A DNA stretch of 54,778 nucleotides, counting the filler, from Basidiobolus ranarum (Eukaryota): the NCBI GenBank assembly GCA_040143965.1. It is 5 parts of 5 records of this genome, joined end to end, with 100 filler letters (N's around TTAATTAATTAA, not from the genome) between each part and the next. Parts side by side here need not be neighbours in the genome. Positions count along the whole stretch, not along the records: positions 11,009 to 21,886 come from JASJQH010007532.1; positions 21,987 to 32,857 come from JASJQH010007533.1; 3 more parts are not named here. The stretch is one strand, 5' to 3'. Numbering within the stretch: the stretch's first letter is position 1; every line of letters begins with the position of its first letter. The notes beneath the pieces were generated by a model. That model ran no database searches. It worked only from the letters and a program-made list of their open reading frames with translations, and was not told the origin of the DNA. Of the stretch, positions 11,030 through 24,336 are shown one piece after another. A program made the position numbers and the translations under genes.

Positions 11030-12979
11030 GTCGTTCAACAATAGAAACGGTCATTCTTCTCCAGTAGATACTGAATTAGATCATCTCATCGCACAAGTAA
11101 TGGAAATGGGCTTTGGTTACGAGCAAGCGCGCTCTGCTCTTGAACTTTCTGGCAACGATTTCCAAAGTGCCGTCGATATTCTTGTTGACAATCGAAATGC
11201 TGAAGATAAGATTACTTATCACAAAAAAAAGAACATACCTCCATTACCCAGAAGATCGCACAGATCACGCAATAGTTCTGACGAAGAGGACTATAATCAA
11301 GAAACTCCAGCTTGGAGATCCGAAAAATCACAATATACCAGTCCATGGAATAGTGGACGACGTCGAGAGTCGGAAGAAACCTCTGGGTTCGATATGGCAA
11401 GTTTCCAAGTCCGTAAAGAAAAATTCATGTCCAATGCTAGCACTATAGGGGCTTCTGTTCTAAGTAAAGCCAATTTATTTGTAAAACAAGCATCGGAGAA
11501 AATTCGAGAGAGTATAGATGATATCCAACAACGAAGCGAAAATTCTCAGAAAGAAGATGATAGATTTAAGAGGTCGGGTAGGCCACGTTGGTTACAAAGG
11601 CATTCTGACGATGATAGTTCCGATGAGGATAGGGGCCGAGGTTCCTATAATGAATACAGAGATGAAAATGTAGGTAGAAGACCTTTTTCCTCACCAAAGC
11701 AAGAAAAACCCCCAGTGGAAACATACAATGGAGTTCACAGAGTTCAATCTCAGGACTCATTAAGAAATGCTCGTGCACCACCCAGACCCCCAGTTTCTCT
11801 TAAAAATCGTGTACCGCACAAACCGCCTGTTTCTCCCAAACCTCCAGTTGCATCTCAACCTACACGTCCACCTAGATCTATTGTCTCTGCCACCCCTGAA
11901 CAGCTTCAACTCAGTGAAAAACAGAAAGCTGCCGGCACTGATAAGTTTAAACTCGGACAGTTTGGTGATGCTGAGGAGCTGTATAGTCAAGCTATTTCCA
12001 CTCTACCACCAAAGCACGATAACCTGATACTACTCTATAACAATCGAGCAGCAGCTAGAATCAAGGTTGGGGACTACAATGGAGTGATTAGCGATTGTGA
12101 CAAGATAGTGGAGCTAATTCGTGACGAGTATTTATACCCATCATCCAATGATCCATTTAGTTTCAAAGATCAACTTATCAAAGCTATCACCCGACGTGCT
12201 TCCGCTTATGAATCCAAAGAGAAGTACGAAACGGCGGAGAAAGACTTTAGTAAAATTCTATCTATAGATTCAAACAATAGAACAGGTCTCGAGGGCGTAC
12301 GTCGTTGCCAAAAAGCCATCAAAATGGTCCATGGTGAGACAACCTCGAAGAGTTCTATCCCTTCTAAGGTGCTTGAGACTACCAAAGGTGCTGATCTATT
12401 TTCGTTTCAACAACCAAATGCAACTACCGCTCAAGCATATTCGCCTACTTTTGGCGCCCATTTAGACGAGTTTGGATTTGCTACGGTTCCCTCATCAGCA
12501 GTGCATACCTCCAAAACATCCAAAGCAGACATCGATAAGAGTGAAGGTGTATCTCGTCTAAGAGCCCAAGATAGACTTGCTGAACGAGAAGAAGAGGAGA
12601 AGTTACGCATCCTTGATATGGTTGAGGAGCGCCTAAATCAATGGAAGTCTAATAAAGTAGGGAATTTGCGCGCCATGATCGCTTCATTAGATACCATTCT
12701 ATGGCCAGAGTTAAATTGGAAAGCTTGCGGATTACAAGATTTGATTCAACCTAACCAAGTCAAATCGAAGTATATAAGGGCTATTGCTAAACTCCATCCG
12801 GATAAGGTAAACCTTCACAAACATATTGCTAATACTATCATTATTCGCTCACACACTCTCTCTTGTTGAAATTTTAGCTTTCTGCTAATGAAAGTGTAGA
12901 GCATAAGCTCTTAGCTAGTGGTTTGTTCAGTATTTTGAATGAAAGTTGGGACCAGTTTAAGGCTCAAAACGGTCTATAA
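11030..12979 (+). CDS. SWA2: Auxilin-like clathrin uncoating factor (UBA, TPR, J domain), 5'-partial
   Basis: UBA MEMGFGYEQARSALE, TPR LYNNRAAARIK, J-domain AIAKLHPDK. Intron 12807-12877, then last exon LSANESVEHKLLASGLFSILNESWDQFKAQNGL*. Confidence 0.9.
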
Positions 12980-14564
12980 CTGACTCGATTATCAATGTAC
13001 AAAAATATCCACCCTCAATAATCTTATCTTTGCCAATGATTTACCTACTTCACCTCCTATATTTCCTACTTCACATTGCTAAAACTATCTAACAATACCC
13101 GTATCAGGGGATGGTGCTAGACGACAAAAAAGTCACTATCTCTGATATTCCTCTTGCAATTAGATAAAATATGTCACATACGAGGCAGACAAAACATATA
13201 AAGCTGGATGTAGGTATCTATTCTGATGCACTTGGCGCACTTTCAACCAAGAATTTATATTATAGTATGTTTGGGAGAACAAGATATGCGTGGGTGAATG
13301 TATATGTATATACAGGAGGTGGCGCGCTTTGTATTTAGAAGGGTGACAGTGATTGAAGTCAGACGATTCTATCAAAATGTTAGCACCATTGTGTATGTCG
13401 GGTGTTTCTATATTCTATTTGATTTAGTTGGGATGAAGATCGAGAGTATTATAGAGTCACAAGGGTTCATTCTGCTATTTGCTTTCATGAAAGTTTGAGT
13501 AGCTTAGGATCTTGTAGGTTTGATTTGAGCTACTTGATTCCGAGGTCGTACCAATTGTTGACAAAGGATATTATCTAACGAGGCTGTTAGCAAGCAAATA
13601 GGCAGAAATGGATTATATAGCTGCTTGCAATGGGTATAATCAAATGAACCAGTAAGTACGTTCCATCTGGCAAAGATACGTGGTGCTTCATGACAAATAT
13701 GAAACATGCAATTCTAGTCTATCATGAGTGAACAAGTATACATGTACTCCTCCCTAACGGTAACCCAGAGTTCTCAATAAAAGTAAATTGGCATCGACAC
13801 TATCAAAAATCGGTGCTTTAGGATATGTATGTTGAAAATCAAATAAAACTGGATAGTTGGGCGGATGTTCTACAGTAATACCATTTTCTAGAGCGGCACA
13901 TTTAACAATCTTTGGCATACCATTATCATAAAGTGACATCCTTTTTCAAGTAATGTCGAATTTTCGATAGATTGATGAGTGATACAATGTCACATAACTC
14001 TGTACGACTTTTGGCGTTTTGTGGATTCCCAAGCGTGAAAAGTTTTATTGCAATAGAAATTGGTAACTTATCGTCATACCTAATGGGAACAGATGAAGGA
14101 ACTGTGTTCCATAATCCATCGAACTACCCATCGTCTTTTCTCTCTACTTTGCTTGAGTTTAACGAAATAATCAAAGTTATACAAATCTAGACCTTTGGCT
14201 AATCCTCTAATTCTCACATACCGTATGGATATATACAGTGCTTTGTGTATTTGTTTCGAATGCTAAGACCAAGAATTCAATCCATTAACTATTGATTTCG
14301 GAAAGTATGGCGCTTCATAAAACCACATACAACATGATAAACATGGGCGCATGTTGTTTGCATTTAAGGATTACTATGATCGTTAGCTCTCCACGCTTCA
14401 GAGGAAGCTCAGAACCAGAAGCTCCTACAATGTGGGAATGATGTTTCATAGCATGCACTAATCATGGAGAAAGTACTTGATCTTGATGAAACGTCTCCAT
14501 GTAATAAATACTATCAATATGCAGCCTTTGATCCTTCTGTGAGCACCAATAATTGTTCTTTGCT

Positions 14565-15006
14565 ATGCATCTCCATCGATCACTAGTTGTGTTTCTTGTG
14601 TTGATGTTGAGTGTCGTGGTTCTTGGCAAAAAACAGAAGCATCAGCACACCAGCACAACCGTCACTTCTCTAAATCCCAGCAGTACTATGACATTATCTG
14701 GGCCTACTACTACTTCAGGTATTAGCATGTCCAATGCAAATCACATTGAGATACTTAATGTTGCTTTTAGGGTCCTCTGTTGCTGCTGACTCTGTAACAC
14801 CAACGAATATGTAAGTACGGGAATTAGAATATCTTCAGCCTCTACTTAATAACCAAGTCTATAGAAATCTTAAACCGGAGGCCACTGCTCTACCCAACGT
14901 GACTGCTGCCGAAGTATCTGGATCATATGCATTACAGCCCCCAAGCATAACTTATTTTGCAGGGTTAGTAGTGTCACTACTTTTGGCTTGTGAAATCGTA
15001 TTATAA
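14565..15006 (+). CDS. Small Ser/Thr-rich secreted protein, probably GPI-anchored (3 exons)
   Basis: Exons 14565-14718, 14771-14810 and 14865-15006 splice in frame through GT-AG introns. Signal peptide MHLHRSLVVFLVLMLSVVVLG, S/T-rich body, hydrophobic tail YFAGLVVSLLLACEIVL*. Confidence 0.75.
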
Positions 15007-15505
15007 TGGTACAAATAATACAAATAATGGGCAAACCAGCGTTGACTAAGCACAACCTACAATGATAGACAATCCACACAAAGATTCTGAATAAATAGTG
15101 ATAAAATCACAATTGGTACGAAGCTTGTATATCATCAATTCAGGTTTATTGATCTGACGTAGTCTCCATGGCAACAAAAGAATACACGCAAAAGTCATTA
15201 TCCAAAATGGAGTTTGCCAGTAATAAAAATTCAACGAGAAAGAATTTCATATTAACCTCTAGTCATACGGAATTTTGGATTTTATTGAGTAACAGTTTAC
15301 AAGCATATTCTCACTATATTCCAAGTATTGTCAAGAAGACGTATGAGCGAGTGAATATAACGAGACTAAATATAAAGGAATAGGCCAGGCCTTGCTCTTT
15401 CACAAGGAAGAAAGCGAGATAAAGCAGCTAAAACGAATGAAGATAATCTTCAGATTGGAGTAGACATATGCAAGTGTAAAGACCAGGGATGGAAACGAAG
15501 TAGAC

Positions 15506-15724
15506 CTAAGAACCAATGATGAATTTGGCAATAACAGCAACACCAGCAACAATAAAAAAGGGTCGAGTATTATCAGTAACAAAGTCACCAACTTTAGTCT
15601 CTCCTAATTTCTTAATGTTCTCACGTAATTTGGTTCGCTGTTGTTGTTGAGGAGCGGAAGAAGCATAAAATCTTCTAGGAGAGGCAACAACAGTTCGACG
15701 AGCAACTTGAGTAAAGAGAGTCAT
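15506..15724 (-). CDS. 72-aa putative mitochondrial single-pass membrane microprotein
   Basis: Presequence-like N-terminus (Arg-rich, no acidic residues, RRFYAS cleavage-like motif) and one C-terminal hydrophobic helix. Confidence 0.65.
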   Translation of the reverse strand: MTLFTQVARRTVVASPRRFYASSAPQQQQRTKLRENIKKLGETKVGDFVTDNTRPFFIVAGVAVIAKFIIGS

Positions 15725-16211
15725 GGTTCAATGGTAGTAGGCTAGAGTAAAGTCGATAGCAGGACAAACCAAGTAAATTCAAATGATCTTCAAGTATACA
15801 TTTTCCTAGTCAATCTTACCCCGCTTCACAAAAATTGGCAACCCTTTTATTGGTCACTCGAAAGAGTAGAACCAAAATGGGGCACATTTACAGATCAGGG
15901 ACTTGGGGGGCTAGAGTTAGATGAAGACAATGGTTTGGACTGGTAGTTTATTTTTAGTCATTAGGTATTCGGGGCTGGTAACTTGGATAAGATTTAGTAG
16001 CAATCTGAATGAAGAATATGAATGTATGATGATACAAGTCATAGAGACCACCTCAGAGATTTTCATTCTTTTGAAACAAATGATGGTAACAATCGAAAAA
16101 GAACATAGGGAATGAAGAGGCATAACCTGACACATTTCTGGCTAATGCCTAGGGACCAGACTACTTCAAAAACCATAACAACTCAAGTAGATTGTAATTT
16201 CAAAACCCCCT

Positions 16212-17158
16212 TTACTTGCCTTTACTGCCGCCAGCACTATGACGGGAGCGGGAGCGGGAACGGGAACGGCTACGACTATAGCTATAACTACGACTTGAAC
16301 TGTCAGAATATGGCGACCGAGATCTACTGCGAGAACTATAGGAACTGTAAGAGTAAGAACGACCTCTTCTGCGATTGTCTGGAGAATAAGATCTACGACG
16401 AGAAACCGGGGACCTAGAACGTCCTCTTTTAAATCCGCCAGGTCTGAAGCGATCACCTAAAGTTGGATATATAGTTTAACAAAGTTACTCCCCATATCTA
16501 GATGTAAACTAATTTGTGAAAGCTCGAAAATACCTCGTCTAGGTGGTTCCGTTGGTTTGGTGCGAGTAAATGTACAATCCAAGACGCTTCCGTCTAGTTG
16601 GCCTTCGTGCATACATTCAATAGCTCTTTCAGCATCGATAACTTTTTCAAAAGTAACGAAAGCTACACCTTTATTTGTCGAGAGTTTCCGATTGATGGGC
16701 AACTCTACTTCCTTGATTCTACCATAAAATTCGAAGATCTCTTCGATATGAGCCTTCCCAACATTACGGGTAAGTCCGGTAACTCTAATTGTAGTAGAGT
16801 TAACAGGACTCTTGCGACGTGGTGAGTATGAGCGTCTTCTACGAGTCCGACTACGAGAAGGTGAGCGTGAGTATGAACGTGACCGTGAACGAGAATATGA
16901 ATAAGATCTTGATCTATAATAGAGATGGTATTAGCTTTTGGTGACAAGAGTGTACAATTTCTGAAGAGATGCGATTAACATATTATACCTAGATCTTGAG
17001 TGGGAGAGTGAGGAGGAGCGTGAATAAGATCGAGATCTAGAAGAATATGGCGAGCGTGAGCGTGAACGGTCAGAATAACGAGGCCCCCTATTAAACGATT
17101 GAAAGTAAGTTAATACATTATCGATGCTAACTGATAACGAAAGGTTAATTCTTTACAT
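16212..17158 (-). CDS. RNPS1: RNPS1-like RS-rich RRM protein (ASAP/EJC-associated)
   Basis: S/RS-rich N-terminus, RRM IRVTGLTRNVGKAHIEEIF..KGVAFVTF..MHEGQLDG, RS tail. Introns 17156-17088, 16988-16914 and 16533-16457. Confidence 0.85.
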
Positions 17159-18505
17159 TTTTACGGCTCTTTAGGGGAAGAAACCTTGATAAGTCTATCT
17201 CTTGAAACAATTATCAGTGTGCAAGTAATAATCCAAGGCCAGAGAAAAAAAGAATCAATCATAACTCGGTGATACAATGAATTTGGTTAAATTTTAGTTA
17301 TTTTACTTAATCTTAACTCATCTACACATATAATATCACTGTATTCAGCTGCCGTCTTTCTCGTAAAGAAACGAAGTTTGATATCCCCAAAAAGCACTAG
17401 GAACAGTAGGTTACGTATGTTGAAATATGAATCAGGGCTTGTAGCTAAACTAGTACAGATTTGTGCAATACATAGTATGTTTAGTTTCAGTAGCGTAAAT
17501 CTCGTCTTATTCATTTCTGCTTTCTTATTAGATCGTGGCAGAACGTTGTTGCACTTTGATTTGGTGAGAACTGTTATTCATCTCCGACACCTTTTGTTTT
17601 ACCCAACAATTGTGCATCACTGGGGCTTGTTCTATTCACATGATTCACATTATACACAAGCTCTACTCGTGAACCCATAAGTGGCTCAACGATATGATAC
17701 ATAGCTCTCTCTCTGCAGGTGCTGACTAGACAGAAATGTGGGATAGAGCAGATGTAGCCTATGCTCTTGATGTCCGAGTTTGTAGTTGTAGCTCTAGTCA
17801 AGTGACACGGTGCCAACGACTGCCCTAAAACCACCCTAATCAACAGTGTGTATACTGTCGGATTCAACATATACAGAGCGTACCACGGTTTACTTTATTC
17901 CATTGTATCCTCTATAACTTGAATTGGCTGATTATTGGATTACCTTCCCCAGGCCAGTGAGACTGGACCCGACTCAAGCATGTTGGTTGGATATCTTGCA
18001 TGAAGAATGCACGGTGAAACGATTCGTCAAGAGACATATCGATAGATATGAATGAATCAGAGTCAATTTACCATCATTAATTTTGCTTGAATTTATCGAC
18101 GGTTTTACAGTCCGTTACAACATTAATTAATATATCTGATCTCCATAAATGCGAAGTTCAGATTTTTATCACACGCTTTTGTTGGTTCTCAGTTTGTACG
18201 ATTTAAATCAAGCTATCCAGATTAGGTATTCAAGAGATTCATTACAGTCTCCAGTTACGACCTTGACTCTTTGATTCTCCATATCATTACTGCCATAACA
18301 TTCTTCCTTCTTGCTTCCTTGTATTGAGATATTTTTCTTTAATAAGCTTTTCCAACTATCTTATGTGATCCTCCTTTTACTTAAAATAGTAGATTTGATA
18401 TACTTCTTTCTTTCACCTGGTTTACTTGTTTCTTTACATCTTGATATATACATCTGATTTCTGTAGCACTGCTTTCCTGTCTGATAATATAGTAGATATA
18501 TAACT

Positions 18506-21500
18506 ATGCTAGGGAAACATCCATTTTCCGATACTGTGGAGAGTAGCCCTATAACAAATTCTTCCTCCATCAATCTTTATACGAGTATCGAAAAAACTCT
18601 TTTATCCGACGACGACCAACTTCAAAATAGCCTTCCCAAGGACCTGCAACCTACCTTTCAAACACAGAAGAATCTATCTCAGATATCTTGTGAAACTACC
18701 CAAACTTTACTTAGAGCTGCTTTACTGGTGTATTTATTTTGTCTAGCGTGTCCACTCGTTGGGATTCTATTATGTATTTCCAACTCTAGGAGTGTGTCGC
18801 CTGGACAGATTCACATTACTTGGTCCTCTATCTTTTATACTCTTCAGGTGGTGATTTGGCTACTTACTCTCGTTTCTCTACAGAGCAAACTCACTTCCTT
18901 AGCTACGAGCCTAAAATACAGTGTGTATTTTTCGTTTTTTATTGTTTTGGCAGAGTTGTCGCAACAAACCTGGATGATCAACCTTCCTGTGGACGGTGGT
19001 TTTAATTCTCTGAAAGATTGGGTTCGTCAAGTTGATTTCCAACTATCAACTTCGGAGAACTATCCAGTATTACAGATTGCACCGTTTTTTTGCTTCTCAT
19101 TCCTTTTACTCTTGAAAACTATAGATAAAGTTTATCTGAAGGATAGAATTAGGTATTCTACGCTTGTGGATTGGGAATTGAGAAAACTTTCCGACGCTAT
19201 CACTCGGCTTCACTCTGATAACGCTGATCATAAAGCGCTCTTTATTAAGAATATGACTAACGAGCTGAGAAATGCTACTTCGATGGCTATTGAGACTGTG
19301 AAGCAACTATCGCCTCCTGAGCTTTTAGTTAAACCTCAAGAGCACGTTTCTGCTTGCTCAATCCCAGTACCTACTGCTTCAGTGACCGCGGTCCATGCTG
19401 CCCTCAAGCATATTATCAATCTGTCATCACATCTTACTTTAGTCAATCGTTTACTTTTTACAGAAGAGTCTACTGTCGAGAGTGCCAATCGATGTGATTC
19501 AGATGTTGTGGAGTTTGATATTGGAGAGCTTGTTCAAAGTGTAGGTGATATGCTAGCTGGAACTGCTGCAGAGGCTAAGGTTGAGCTTGTTCTATTTCAT
19601 GCCGACTGTGGTTTTCATCATAGAAATGTCATTGGTAACGAGGCGGGATTTCGACATGCTTTGATTACGATGGTGAAGACTGTTATCGATTCCGCATCTC
19701 CAGGCGCCTGGGTCGAGTTAGGTCTCCATTTGACACCAGGAAAGTTCGAAGCAGAGATGGAGTCTTCTAAAGATGAGCAAATCGAATTTATGTTCGAGAT
19801 AATCTATACTCCGTCTATAACCGACGGAAATTCCGTCTCCGACTTTTGCCCTGATGCTAACTTGACAGTCAGACTCGTCGAAGGATTAGGGGGTGAGCTT
19901 CTCGCTAGTGAAAGAGACGGTGCTCAGGTGATCGAATTACATTTCAAGTTAATTTCTGGCTCCAAAGACCCGCTCAAGAAAGACCTAAGCACCATAAGGA
20001 ACAATGCAGAAATCAGACGCCGGTTGAATATAGCAGATGAGCCGTCATTTGAAGAGCTGACTCGATTCTCACTTACTTTACGTGGTCTCAAGGCTTCGTT
20101 GCATGCTACTGATCATTCGATTTTCGCCAAACATCTTACCTCCTGCTTGACTGTCTGTGGTTTGGACATCACTCACCATTCAACCAGCTCATCCAATGAG
20201 AATATAGATCCGAAGTCAGAGACTGCACCAAAACCAATATCTGTACCTAGCATGATCGGGTTAAATTTGATTAGAGAAGAAACAATTAAATCCACCACCC
20301 CGCCTACATTCATTATTATTGATGACGACATCAAAACTCTTCGAGATCAATTCATATCTCTGCGCAACAACCCTGCGTTCAATTTCTCAAATCACCAGCA
20401 TCGTCGCCATCGTCGTATGGAATCTCTAAGCAACCACTTGGTTACTTCTATTATTCACTTTACTTCGTTGTCCAACTACCAATTGATTAAGGACGAGGTG
20501 TATTCGCTATTGATAACGCCACATCACCTGCTCCCTCCACAAGTGTTGGTGATTCCCAAGCCAGTTGGCCCCAAGAGACTTTTAACCACACTTCATACTG
20601 CCATCACCAAGCCAAAAGTTGATCCTTCCTATATTCCTATCGCTACCTCGCCCATGAGTCCTGGCCTCAAGTATCATCAAACCAAAGAGGAGGAAAAGAA
20701 TCCTATGGATTTCATCAATTTCGACACCTATAGATTGCCGTCGGAGAATTCCAATGATACGTCTAGTGTCTCCGGTTTATCAGTAAACAACCCTTCAACA
20801 CCAGTGACTGGTACAATTGTCTTTGATCCTAAATCTTATATTGGGCAAAATTCCGTCAAATCCCCTCTCTCTCGTATTACAAATCCGGTATTCACGCGAC
20901 GTACTTCTGATCAATCTCTAGCCAGTACCCCTGGCGGTTATATCAAGCCTTCTAGTGGTGGATTAACCCCATCCAATCCTTCCTCCATCTCTAGTCCTTC
21001 ACCATCTATCAATGGAAAACCCATTATCTTGCCTACGAATGTTCTACCTCGGGTCTCACCCTCTCCTTCAAATCTTGGAGCTTCAGTTATGTCGTCACCA
21101 ACCATTCGACCCTCAACTGTGACCAGTCCTTCACTTTCAGCACCTTCCCCGACTCAAATGAAGTCAACCGTTGCTCTTTCTGCAACCAAGGCATCTGGTG
21201 GTCCAACCATGTCCAAAGCGACTGCTCGTAAAAAGTCTGCTCGCTTTGTTAACAGTACAGCCAACGCTTCACTTTCAAGTGTGGTTAGTCCTCCAATCAA
21301 TGTCTTGATTGTAGAGGACAACCCTATCAATCAGACTATTCTATCCACATTTATGCGTAAGCGTAAGATCAAATACTCAGTTGCCAATAACGGTCTAGAA
21401 GCCGTGCAGAAATGGAAAGAAGGAGGATTCCACTTGGTATTGATGGATATTCAATTGCCGGTTATGGATGGTATTGAAGCGACTAAAGAGATCCGTCAAT

Positions 21501-21886
21501 TAGAAAAGATGCAAAAGATTGGATTTCTCTCCTCACCTGGAGCACCTGTACACATGTCGTCTTCTGTTCCCACGTCACCGTCTTCACCATTTAGATCGCC
21601 AGTCATCATTGTGGCATTGACCGCTTCTTCCTTGCAATCAGATCGTCATGCGGCATTAGCAGCGGGGTGTAACGACTTCTTAACCAAACCGGTGTCCCTT
21701 GTATGGTTAGAAAAGAAAATTATGGAATGGGGCTGTATGCAAGCGTTGATCGATTTCGAAGGCTGGAGAAAGTGGAAGAGTCAAGATGGAATCACTACTT
21801 CCAATGGTGGTATCACTGGAAACAAGACCACCCCCAGCCCATCTAGTTTGAGGATAAAAACCCCACGTACAGTTAGTGGTACATTC
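18506..21886 (+). CDS. SSK1: Ssk1/Mcs4-type response regulator with N-terminal TM helices and a degenerate histidine-kinase-like region, 3'-partial
   Basis: Receiver domain PPINVLIVEDNPINQ..LVLMDIQLPVMDG..CNDFLTKP followed by the Ssk1-type EWGCMQALIDFEGWRKW. The ORF runs into the spacer. Confidence 0.88.
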
Positions 21887-21986
21887 NNNNNNNNNNNNNN
21901 NNNNNNNNNNNNNNNNNNNNNNNNNNNNNNTTAATTAATTAANNNNNNNNNNNNNNNNNNNNNNNNNNNNNNNNNNNNNNNNNNNN
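21887..21986. other. Artificial contig spacer
   Basis: N44-TTAATTAATTAA-N44. Confidence 0.98.
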
Positions 21987-23645
21987 GCATCACTTACTCC
22001 AGGTATGTTATTTGCATATGAACTCTGTGATTCAATCTAAACTTGGAATGGCCTCTTTTGTTTTCAGTCGATAGATATTGTTGATCGGTGCCTGCATATG
22101 TTGTCAAATTCAACATTCAATCAAGATCAGCGCATTCTCAAACATGGCTTGGCCTTACTTCTTCAAATGTTCGAGCATCTTGAGGAGCATATTGATGAAA
22201 ACAAGCTAACACAGGTAAACAAGTTCATTTAAGTAGCATTTGCTTCTCTCTTTTCTGAGCCCCATTCAATTGTTCTAGGTATTGAGAGAGCTACTAAACA
22301 TTCTGAATGATCCGGGACTGTCTTGTCACGGAGTGAAGCTACTCTTGGATACATTCAAGCATTTCCTCAAGTCGCCAAGCATCGGCAAAACCATATTAAA
22401 CGTATGTCGCATTGCTATCACACAATAGTAGATTGCACATCTAACATCCTTCTTTACTTTATAGAATATCGGGGAAAGGCTGGCAGATGTGCTGGAAAGT
22501 AAGTGCTACGACATGAACTGGGATGTGCGTGATACTACTCTGGAGTTTTTTGGAGAGCTGTTTAGTGAGGTAACCCATATATAGCATTGGTTAAAGTATT
22601 CAGCGGATCCTTTGTAACCATTTTCCATGTATGATCATTTTGCTTTTATAGAATTGTCAAAATGGGATTGAATTGATTCTTTCCCACCAATTGTTGAAAA
22701 TGGTCATGGAGAAAGTAGTAGATTCTGAGCCTTATGTCCGCGCTTCCGCTGTGCAAACTCTTGGGGTAAGTGCAATTAGAAGAATTCGGAGTCTGTTGAA
22801 TGGTAGTTTAGATCGTTTTATGGGAATGTAGGCTGCCGTCAAAAATCCAAGTGGCTGGTCTGATTTACACCTTCATGATGGCATCCGTAATTTGCTCGGG
22901 AAAATACCGGGCCTTCTCGTCGATACCGAGGCATTTGTAAGAAGAGCAGTTCTTGACCTTATCACTTGCCTGATTAGCTCGAGACAATATACTCGGTTAT
23001 TTTTTACTAGCGAGGAAGCAAAGGAGCCCGTCTTAAAGTGAGGATTTAATTGGCAAACCTCTTTGACAATGCATTTCGTTAACAATATATCCATTAGCCA
23101 TACACTATTAACTAAGCTATTAGATGACTGTGACTGGGAAATTAGAGTGCGTGGAGTAAAGTTTTTGTACGAGTTGTGGATGGTCTGTTGGAACGAACAA
23201 GAATACCGAAATAAGCGCGACACTTCAGAGCCGGTTAATTGGTTTTTCGAAGTGAAGGCTGACAAGCTATTCTTGGAAGCTGTAAGTAGGACTGGAATGG
23301 AATTGATATAGCATTGGTTCATTGAATATTTTTCAGATAAACGATTCTTCTAGGTTGGTTCGCGGCGAAAGTCTCCTAGCCATTCGTAAGATCCTCGAAG
23401 CTTCACGCCTAACAACAACTGATGCCTCAACAGAAACAAAAAAAAGAGACATTCAAGATATCCAAGATTTGATGCATTCCGACTTTTTAGAAAAGTTGAG
23501 AAAAATCGATTTATCTAGGCTAGAAGATTCGGTAGAAGTGGAGCATTTATTCAAAGAAGCATTGGAGAATGATACCGTTGATAGTGAGACTATGATGGAA
23601 ACGGATCAGCCCAACATTGGAAATAATATCTTGGAATGTTATTGA
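21987..23645 (+). CDS. BRAT1: BRAT1-like ARM/HEAT repeat protein, 5'-partial, multi-exon
   Basis: Repeats DMNWDVRDTTLEF, DSEPYVRASAVQ, DTEAFVRRAVLD and DCDWEIRVRG, and an acidic tail ending ILECY*, as in BRAT1 (..DCY*). Confidence 0.75.
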
Positions 23646-23968
23646 TACAACCAAGTCCTTCAAGCTTCTCTCTCCCACGAAATTATATCGTATGTATGTC
23701 TAGTTTCTTACGCTTTTTATCTGCATGAAACTATCAAAGCGCATATATTAGCAAAGATTACCCAAGTGATTTTAGACCAGATCTCACAAGAGTGTAAATT
23801 AGCTTTAGATTTTTGCTTGGCAATTTTAAACCTCGGCCTTGGTTCGATCAATAAACCATTTCTACATTTAATGTTCATCAAACAAACTGACATACAACAA
23901 AGTGCTCGGAATTGCGAAAAGTTAACCTCAATCTAATACTTTTCATATTGTTTTCACTTGTACATATA

Positions 23969-23986
23969 TGTGTGTGTGTGTGTGTG
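23969..23986. repeat. (TG)9 microsatellite
   Basis: Directly visible. Confidence 0.9.
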
Positions 23987-24336
23987 CGTATATGTAAGCA
24001 CTTCGAACCATACTGCTTTCTATGCTCCACAACAGACAGATTCTTCTCGCTCAATTCTAGAGTAAACTTAGTTACTTGGCAAGACTTTGGATGATTTTTA
24101 CATACAATCTATTAGGAAACAGTTGAGATATTGTAATATTCTTAATCGCGATCAATAGAAAATTTTAACCTTGTTTTTATGCCTGATCCAATGAATTTTT
24201 TACTCACTTCTCTAATGCAAGATTCAAAGTTTTATATGAATTTTATGAAATTTCATGTTACTAAAGAGAAGCTATCCATATCTGGTTCGGTGAGAACCAT
24301 TATTGTCGTTTTTCACCTCGTTGTCCCTTTTTCACC

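Noticed and set aside
14250-14276. About 27-nt similarity to 7805-7830 of the L-like relic
   Set aside because: The match does not extend and is within chance expectation for AT-rich DNA.
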